Origin: an uncultured Planctomycetia bacterium | GTDB lineage: Bacteria; Omnitrophota; Gorgyraeia; Tantalellales; Tantalellaceae | Direction: 5' to 3' | Assembly (NCBI GenBank): GCA_964527555.1 | Contig: CAZGOG010000001.1 | Coordinates: 52,602 to 116,601 of the forward strand | DNA: 64,000 nucleotides | Made by a program: the position numbers and the translations under genes | Shown: positions 57,269 to 64,000 of the stretch, piece by piece | How the letters are laid out: each line of letters begins with the position of its first letter | How positions within the stretch are numbered: the first letter of the stretch is position 1 | The notes under the pieces: model-generated | Databases searched by the model: none | What the model saw: the letters and a program-made list of their open reading frames with translations, nothing else | Told to the model about the DNA's origin: nothing

Positions 57269-58810
57269 TTAAGGGCTTTTCTTTTTCCCCTTTATCATGA
57301 ATAATTTTTCTGTAATAAAGAGAAATATCATCATAAAGGCGCAAAAATACACGAAAACGTCGCCGTATACGGTATAAAAGGATTTCCCGGCATATATATC
57401 AACCCTGTCTGTGGCAAATCCCTCGACAAAGTTTTTCTTTCCGCCCGCTTCCACGCACGAACTGACTTTACCGGTGGAGTTCACAAAACAGGAAATGCCT
57501 GTATTGGCGGCCCTGATCACGGGTGTCCTGTTTTCAACGGCCCTGAAGACTGAAGCCTGCAGATGCTGGAGGCTGGCGGCCGTGTCTCCGAACCATGCGT
57601 CGTTAGTGATGTTTATCATGAAACTCGCTCCGTCGAGCACGAATTCTCTCATAATATACGGGAATATGTCCTCAAAGCATATTAAAACGCCGAAATTGTA
57701 AAAATGCGTCTCTCTTAATCTCGTGCCGGAAGGCGAGGGCGTGGTTGTCACGGATTTTAAAGAGAAAAGTGTATACGCATCACCTCTTGCGAAGTCCCCT
57801 ATGGTTTTATCTATGTATCTTCTTAAAAAAGATAGATACTTTGAAAACGGCACGTATTCGCCGAAGGGAACCAGGTGCCTCTTGTAATAAACATTGCTGA
57901 GATTGCCTTTTTCATCAAAAAGCATGGCGGCATTATAATTATTATCACCTTCCCTGTAAGCAAACCCGGCAAGTATCGGTATCCCCTCTCTTGAAGCAAG
58001 GCTGCTCACTTCCTCGGCGCTTCTTTCTTTGCCTTCGACCAGATACGGATAAGACGTCTCGGGCCAGACAATAAGCGCGGGGGCGGTTTTAGCCGCTTCT
58101 TCCGTAAGGCGCGTGTATTTTTTTATGATATCTTCGGCGAACTTGGTGTCCCACTTCTCATTTTGGGGGATATTGCCCTGAACAACGCTTAAACGGGGGC
58201 TTCCCCAGATGCGGTAGTTATCGAACCGGTAGATGCTGTAACTGGTCGCCGCAATTATCAAAAAGAGGGCTATCATCATATATGCTGTTTTTTTCCTGGA
58301 ACGTATAAACGCGGAAAAGACCGCCACATTAAAGGTAGCTATCAGAAAAGAGACGCCGTACGCGCCTGTTATATCCGCGATCTGAATAAGATTGATGACC
58401 CGGTACTGCGAGTACCCGAGAAGCCCCCAGGGAAAACCCGAAAAAATGTTGCTTCGGACATACTCAAACGCCACCCAGGCAAAAGGAAGTATAAAGAGGT
58501 CCAAACCGTATTTCATAACCAGACCCGCAACGATACCGAAAAGACCGTAAAGAGCGGAAAGCACTATAACAAGTATTATAAGTCCCGGCACGCTTACATT
58601 CGCCAGCCAGTATAAAAGCAAAGAGAAAAATATAACTCCCGTTAAGCATGAGTACAAAAAGGCCCTTTTAAGGGTGCATCCCTTTATAGCCAGAAGAAGC
58701 GGTACGAGACACACCCAGGCAAGAGGCGCAAACTCAAACGGCGGAAAGGCCAGAAAAGTCAAAACTCCCGATAAAGAGGCTAGAAATATATTTCGTAGAA
58801 CCGTTTTCAT
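57269..58810 (-). CDS. lnt: Apolipoprotein N-acyltransferase
   Basis: GFPW, VQGNI, WPE, KRHLVPFGEY, ICFE, TNDAWF, RAANTGIS. Confidence 0.96.
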   Translation of the reverse strand: MKTVLRNIFLASLSGVLTFLAFPPFEFAPLAWVCLVPLLLAIKGCTLKRAFLYSCLTGVIFFSLLLYWLANVSVPGLIILVIVLSALYGLFGIVAGLVMKYGLDLFILPFAWVAFEYVRSNIFSGFPWGLLGYSQYRVINLIQIADITGAYGVSFLIATFNVAVFSAFIRSRKKTAYMMIALFLIIAATSYSIYRFDNYRIWGSPRLSVVQGNIPQNEKWDTKFAEDIIKKYTRLTEEAAKTAPALIVWPETSYPYLVEGKERSAEEVSSLASREGIPILAGFAYREGDNNYNAAMLFDEKGNLSNVYYKRHLVPFGEYVPFSKYLSFLRRYIDKTIGDFARGDAYTLFSLKSVTTTPSPSGTRLRETHFYNFGVLICFEDIFPYIMREFVLDGASFMINITNDAWFGDTAASLQHLQASVFRAVENRTPVIRAANTGISCFVNSTGKVSSCVEAGGKKNFVEGFATDRVDIYAGKSFYTVYGDVFVYFCAFMMIFLFITEKLFMIKGKKKSP

Positions 58811-58829
58811 CCTTTCTTCTCCCTATGCT

Positions 58830-61800
58830 TTATTTGCCGCAGCACTTCTTGTATTTTTTCCCGCTTCCGCACGGGCACGGGTCGTTACGCCCCACTTTCG
58901 CACCGCTTCTTTTGTAAGTCGCCTTCTCCCCGGAGACCTCCGGAGCGAATGCCCCGGGCGCTTCACCAGATGCGTCGTATACCTCATCCTGGCCGGCCGA
59001 CGAAGTGCCTATCGCTGAATACCCCCTGTGCTGGAAGGTTTCCTTTTCGGGCTGGAAGACTTTTTTCTTGTATTCTTCTTCCATGGCGGAGATCTTCATG
59101 ATGCGTTCAGCCGTCTCTTCATCTATTTTTATCATCAGCTCCGTAAACATACGGAACGCCTCGTGCTGGAACTCGACGAGAGGGTCCTTCTGGGCATACG
59201 CCCGCCAGGAAATGCCTTCCCTTAAATCATCTATTTCCCTCAGGTATTCTTTCCAGTTGGAGTCTATGACCGCAAGCATGACCATCTTCTCAAGCTCGTG
59301 CATCCTCTCCTCGCCCAGGAACTTCTCCCTGGCGGAATACCCTTTCTCTGCTATAGCCAGTATGTGTTCCCTGATCTGGGGCGCATCTTCACCTTCGATG
59401 TCCTCTGCTTTAACGCCTATTGCATACTGGTACATGACGCTTTTCACCAGGGCCTGCGCGTCCGGGTCGACTTCCCATTTGCCTAAAAGGCTTTCCAGTC
59501 CGACTGAAAGCGCCTCAAGAAATTCCCCTTTCAGATTTTTTTCGGTGAGTATCATCCGCCGGCGCCTGTAAACGACTTCCCTCTGCTGGTTCATGATGTT
59601 GTCATACTTGAGCAGGTGCTTTCTTATCTCGAAGTTCTGGCTTTCCACCCTGTGCTGCGCGGTCCTGACGGCACGCGTTACCAGCGGGTTTTCAATAACC
59701 TCTCCTTCTTCCATGCCCAACCGGTCCATGATGGATTTTATCCTGTCAGATCCGAAGATCCTCATGAGGTCATCTTCAAGCGAAAGATAAAATCTGCTGG
59801 AGCCCGGGTCGCCCTGCCTGCCGGATCGGCCCCTCAGCTGGTCGTCTATTCTTCTGGCCTCATGTCTCTCAGTTCCGATCACGTGAAGGCCGCTTGCTTC
59901 TATCACTTTTTTCTGGTCCTCAGGGAACGTCCTCTTATACTCGGCAAGAAATCTCTCAAGCGCCTTTTCCTTCTCAAGAGGATCATCTATATCGAGTTTG
60001 CTCACGGCATCATCCGCCAGGTATTCGGGATTACCTCCCAGTATTATGTCGGTGCCGCGTCCCGCCATGTTAGTGGCTATCGTGACGGAGCCGAAGCGCC
60101 CCGCCTGGGCCACGATATGCGCTTCCCTTTCATGATATTTCGCGTTTAAAACGTTGTGCCTGATCCCGCGCGTATTCAAAAGGCGGCTCAAGTGCTCCGA
60201 CTTCTCGATAGAGACCGTGCCCACGAGCTGCGGTCTTCCCTTTTCGTGCCAGTGGGCGATCTCATCTATGACCGCCTTGAATTTTTCTTCCTCTGTCTTG
60301 TATATCCTGTCCGGCATACTTTTTCGCTGCAAGGGTCGGTTCGTCGGCACCTGCACCACAGACAAGAGGTATATGTTCTCGAATTCCGCTTCTTCCGTCT
60401 TCGCGGTACCCGTCATTCCGGAAAGCTTGTCATACATCCGGAAATAATTCTGCAGGGTAATCGTGGCAAGCGTCTGGCTCTCTCTCTGGACTTCCACACG
60501 TTCCTTCGCCTCGATCGCTTCATGTATACCGTCCGAGAAACGTCTGCCGGGCATCATCCTGCCGGTAAAGCTGTCGACTATGACTATTTTGTTGTCTTTG
60601 ACTACGTAATCGACGTCCTTCTGAAAAAGTATGTACGCTTTAAGAAGCTGCTTGATGCTTTCTACCGATCTCTGCTGGTCCGTGTAAGAAGCCACCAGTT
60701 CCGTCTGGCGCGCCACTTTTTCTTCTTCAGGTATATCCTCATCGACCAGTTCCGCCAGGCGTGCCTCGATATCCTCAAGCATAAACTCTATACCGAACCT
60801 TTCGGTCATCATCTTCTGGCCCCTGGCGCTGAAGGTGGCCTCTCTGGTCTTTTCGTCAAAAACATAAAAAAGATCTTCAAGAAGATTATCGCGTTCCTTC
60901 TCCATGACTTTGCTGTCAAGCTGGGCCTGAGCTCTGTCCAATAAACTCTTTGCGCCTTTATCCTTGAGTATGATATCCAGGAACTCCCTGTTCTTGGGAT
61001 CCGCCTTATGTATGAGGTAAAGGAGCTCTCCCGCTTCGTCCTTCTTCTGGTCGCGCAGGCTGGTTCTAAACTTTGCTATATATTCGGAGATCAGCTTCCT
61101 CTGCGCGTTTACGATCTCAGCAACAATCGGCCGCATCTGGTTATAAGCTTCATTCGTCTCATCCACAGGACCGGATATGATGAGGGGAGTCCTCGCTTCG
61201 TCGATCAAGATGCTGTCAACCTCATCGACGATGGCAAAAGAAGGGGGGCCTTGCACCACATCGTCCTTATCCGCGACCATGTTGTCCCTCAAGTAATCAA
61301 ACCCGAACTCATTGTTGGTCCCGTAAACAATATCGCATGCGTAAGCTTTTTTTCTCTCTTCGTTTCTCATATCGTTCTGGATAACCCCTACCGACAGCCC
61401 CAGGAACTTGTAGATCGGCCCCATCCACTGGCAGTCCCTTTTCGCCAGATAATCATTTACCGTAACAATGTGGACGCTTTCCCCGGCTAGCGCGTTAAGT
61501 GAAGCCGCCAATGTCGCAACAAGCGTTTTACCTTCACCCGTCGCCATCTCAGCGATCTTGCCCTGGTGAAGCACGATCCCTCCCATAAGCTGCACATTAA
61601 AATGCCTGAGGCCTATCGTCCGCCTCGACGCTTCTCTGACAAGAGCGAAGACTTCCGGTATTTTTCCGTCAAGCGCGCGGTTCTTTACTTCTTTCAGGCG
61701 TTTCTTGTGCTTGCTGCGTTCCGTATCCGAAGTCGATGTCGCTATCGCCTCACGCACTTTGTCGACTTCTTCCCTGTTTTCTTCGCGGCCTAGCCTGAGT

Positions 61801-61955
61801 TCCTCCCTGAGGCGTGCCGCTCTCTGCCGGATCTCGTCGTCCCCGAGTGAAGAGACCTCCTCCTCCATAGCGTTTATCGCCTGGACTGCGGGTTCCAGTT
61901 TTTTAAGTTCCCGTTCGTTCTGCGTGCCAAAAAATCTTCTGAATAAACCAAACAT
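58830..61955 (-). CDS. secA: Preprotein translocase ATPase SecA
   Basis: MATGEGKT, DEVDSILIDEARTPLIISG, ATNMAGRGTDI, SEC-C motif; start revised to ATG 61955 (MFGLFRRFFG). Confidence 0.97.
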   Translation of the reverse strand: MFGLFRRFFGTQNERELKKLEPAVQAINAMEEEVSSLGDDEIRQRAARLREELRLGREENREEVDKVREAIATSTSDTERSKHKKRLKEVKNRALDGKIPEVFALVREASRRTIGLRHFNVQLMGGIVLHQGKIAEMATGEGKTLVATLAASLNALAGESVHIVTVNDYLAKRDCQWMGPIYKFLGLSVGVIQNDMRNEERKKAYACDIVYGTNNEFGFDYLRDNMVADKDDVVQGPPSFAIVDEVDSILIDEARTPLIISGPVDETNEAYNQMRPIVAEIVNAQRKLISEYIAKFRTSLRDQKKDEAGELLYLIHKADPKNREFLDIILKDKGAKSLLDRAQAQLDSKVMEKERDNLLEDLFYVFDEKTREATFSARGQKMMTERFGIEFMLEDIEARLAELVDEDIPEEEKVARQTELVASYTDQQRSVESIKQLLKAYILFQKDVDYVVKDNKIVIVDSFTGRMMPGRRFSDGIHEAIEAKERVEVQRESQTLATITLQNYFRMYDKLSGMTGTAKTEEAEFENIYLLSVVQVPTNRPLQRKSMPDRIYKTEEEKFKAVIDEIAHWHEKGRPQLVGTVSIEKSEHLSRLLNTRGIRHNVLNAKYHEREAHIVAQAGRFGSVTIATNMAGRGTDIILGGNPEYLADDAVSKLDIDDPLEKEKALERFLAEYKRTFPEDQKKVIEASGLHVIGTERHEARRIDDQLRGRSGRQGDPGSSRFYLSLEDDLMRIFGSDRIKSIMDRLGMEEGEVIENPLVTRAVRTAQHRVESQNFEIRKHLLKYDNIMNQQREVVYRRRRMILTEKNLKGEFLEALSVGLESLLGKWEVDPDAQALVKSVMYQYAIGVKAEDIEGEDAPQIREHILAIAEKGYSAREKFLGEERMHELEKMVMLAVIDSNWKEYLREIDDLREGISWRAYAQKDPLVEFQHEAFRMFTELMIKIDEETAERIMKISAMEEEYKKKVFQPEKETFQHRGYSAIGTSSAGQDEVYDASGEAPGAFAPEVSGEKATYKRSGAKVGRNDPCPCGSGKKYKKCCGK

Positions 61956-61981
61956 CCTGTCTTTCCCTTTATCTGGCGGTA

Positions 61982-63080
61982 CTACTTTAGTGCCGCCCTT
62001 TTTAGATATGCCTCTATAAAACTGTCCAGATTGCCATCCAGCACTTTTTCGGCGCTGGAAGTCTCCTCGCCCGTACGGTGATCCTTGACCATCTTGTAGG
62101 GATGCAGCACATAGGACCTTATTTGACTGCCCCACTCGATTTTCTTTTTGTCTCCGTGGGTGCGCATCATCTCCTCTTCCTTCTTGCGTCTTTCCATCTC
62201 GTAGAGACGCGCTCTTAAGAGCTTCATGGCTGTCGCCTTGTTTTTGTGCTGTGACCGCTCCTTCTGGCACTGGACGACCGTGCCTGTCGGCAGGTGCGTT
62301 ATACGGACAGCCGAATCAGTCACGTTGACATGCTGGCCGCCGGCACCGGAAGAGCGATACGTATCGATCCTCAGATCACTGTCACTGATGTCTATTTTTA
62401 TGCTCTTATCAATATCAGGGATAACGTCAACTGATGCAAACGAGGTATGCCGTCTTTTATTGGAATCAAAAGGCGATATGCGGACCAATCGGTGGACCCC
62501 TGTCTCTGCTTTAAGGTACCCGTAAGCAAAATCGCCCTTTACCATGAAAGTCACGCTTTTTATGCCGGCTTCTTCACCGGGAAGCTGGTCCAGCATATCG
62601 ACCGAACAGCCGTGCCCCTCCGCCCACCTCAAGTACATCCTCAGAAGCATCGATGTCCAGTCGCAGGATTCCGTCCCGCCCGCTCCCGCGTTTATACTCA
62701 CTATGGCGCTGCACCCGTCGGCTTCACCGCTTAAAAGGCACTTAAACTCGAGTCTTGCGGTCGCATCGGTGATCTGGCGGACCTCTTCCATGAGGCTGTC
62801 AATGGACGCAACGTCATCATCTTCTACTATACCAGCAAGTTCTTTGATCGAATCATGACGCTCTTTTGTCTCGTTGTAAGGGGCAACTACGGATCTTAAC
62901 GCCTTAAGCTCCTGTGAAAAGGCGTCAGTCTTCTCCTGGTTTTTCCATGTCGCCGGGTCGTTGAGCTTCTCTTCAAGCTCCTTTATCCTCTTTTCTTTTT
63001 TAGCCAGGTCAAAGATACCCCCTGAGTTCCTCGAACTTCTCATCCATTATCTTTATAGATTCACGCAATTCTTTTATCAT
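61982..63080 (-). CDS. prfB: Peptide chain release factor 2 (programmed +1 frameshift)
   Basis: SPF and GGQ motifs; upstream frame from ATG 63080 ends AGGGGG TAT CTT TGA C. Confidence 0.96.
63008..63023 (-). other. prfB +1 frameshift site
   Basis: Internal SD AGGGGG, 3 nt spacer, CTT TGA C. Confidence 0.95.
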
Positions 63081-63103
63081 TTATGCTCCCTCCACTAGCG
63101 GGC

Positions 63104-63132
63104 ATTATAGCAATATAGCGCCTTTGTGTAAA
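63104..63132 (-). promoter_or_regulatory. sigma70 promoter of prfB-secA-lnt
   Basis: TTTACA-N17-TATAAT with an extended -10 TG. Confidence 0.7.
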
Positions 63133-63175
63133 CCCATAAGAGACCTTGGGTTTTAGAGCGCGCTCCTTCTCTTCT

Positions 63176-64000
63176 TCATCTCTTCGCGCGGAAATATTCC
63201 ACTATTCGCCCGGCGGTCTTTTTATCTATCCCGGCTTTTTGCAGTTTTTCCAGGGAAGCGTCTCGTATGCTTTTAATACTGCCGAATCTCTCAAGTAGTA
63301 TCTTCTCTCTCTTAGGGCCAACCCCTTCGATCCGGCTAAGTTCCGCGCTCAGGCTATCCCTCTCTCTCAATCTTCGATGATAAGTTATAGCAAAACGGTG
63401 CGCCTCATCCCTTATACGCTGGATAAGCAGAAGAAGCCGTGAGCCCGGCGATAGTCTTATAGGGCTTCTTCGCTTCTCCGTATAAAAATGATTATGCTCC
63501 TTGGCTATACTGGCTACCGGCAGATCATCCAAGCCAAGGCGGCTGAGTTCATCCCGTGCCGCGGAAAGATGTCCCTTCCCGCCGTCTATCAAGACAAGAT
63601 CCGGCATGCCCTTACCCTCGGTAAGAAGCCGGGAATATCTTCTTTTTATCACTTCACGTATCATCGAATAATCATCTATGCCGGTGACGCTTCTCACCCG
63701 GAAACGTCTATACTCGGCTTTACGGGGCGAGCCGGCCACGAACCGTACCATGGAACCGACAGCCTGCCTTCCGCTTATATTAGATATATCAAAACATTCT
63801 ATCGCAAGAGGAAGAGCTGAAAGTGCCAAAGCGTTCTGAAGCTCATCAAGCTCGCCGTATATGGGGTGTTGCGACCGGTCATGCAGCTGCTGGACAGCCG
63901 TAAGCGCCTCGATACGTTTTTTGACCGCCAGGGCCTTCTCGAACTCTCTTTTCCCCGAGAGAAGGTTCATCTGGCGCTTTAAGTCATCTATAAGATCGTC
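63176..64000 (-). CDS. uvrC: Excinuclease ABC subunit C, 3' part (5' end outside the window)
   Basis: FEKA UVR tail, IECFDISN, DDY, LIDGGKG, RDEAHRFAI, HhH. Confidence 0.93.
   Translation of the reverse strand, partial: DDLIDDLKRQMNLLSGKREFEKALAVKKRIEALTAVQQLHDRSQHPIYGELDELQNALALSALPLAIECFDISNISGRQAVGSMVRFVAGSPRKAEYRRFRVRSVTGIDDYSMIREVIKRRYSRLLTEGKGMPDLVLIDGGKGHLSAARDELSRLGLDDLPVASIAKEHNHFYTEKRRSPIRLSPGSRLLLLIQRIRDEAHRFAITYHRRLRERDSLSAELSRIEGVGPKREKILLERFGSIKSIRDASLEKLQKAGIDKKTAGRIVEYFRAKR

Noticed and set aside
61956-62270. 105-aa N-terminal extension of SecA
   Set aside because: It overlaps prfB in another frame; the typical SecA N-terminus begins at 61955
63009-63011. In-frame TGA in prfB as a pseudogene, sequencing error or recoded stop
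   Set aside because: It matches the canonical RF2 frameshift signal, and TGA is used as a normal stop elsewhere in the window

Overview
This is a 64 kb chromosomal core region of a diderm bacterium (lpxK, waaA, lnt, lolC/E-lolD, mlaEFD). It also carries Bacillus-like modules (mcsA-mcsB-clpC, yacL-ispF-cysE-cysS, tmk-holB-yaaT-metG-tatD, spoVG), and this mix suggests a PVC-type lineage such as Ca. Omnitrophota (inference only). Nearly all genes are on the minus strand in long, tightly coupled operons covering lipid A/LPS, topA/xerC/dprA, aromatic and branched-chain amino acid synthesis, tRNA synthetases, DNA repair, secA, prfB (with the classic +1 frameshift) and uvrC. Two things stand out. 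(1) Six structured intergenic elements: five co-oriented copies (three of 158 bp, one of 161 bp and one 98 bp deletion form) plus one related element in the opposite orientation. They share an IS200/IS605-like terminal hairpin ending in GAG-N-TT(C/G)A, have no target duplication, and no transposase is present in the window. (2) An accessory island at about 47.6-57 kb: an NlpC/P60 hydrolase and a 1662-aa secreted protein with an internal repeat, divergent from an ECF sigma / zinc anti-sigma / SpoVG trio. The last two genes of that trio share an identically spaced ECF-type promoter motif. No rRNA, tRNA or CRISPR array was seen. All product calls come from motif recognition in the translations, not database searches.
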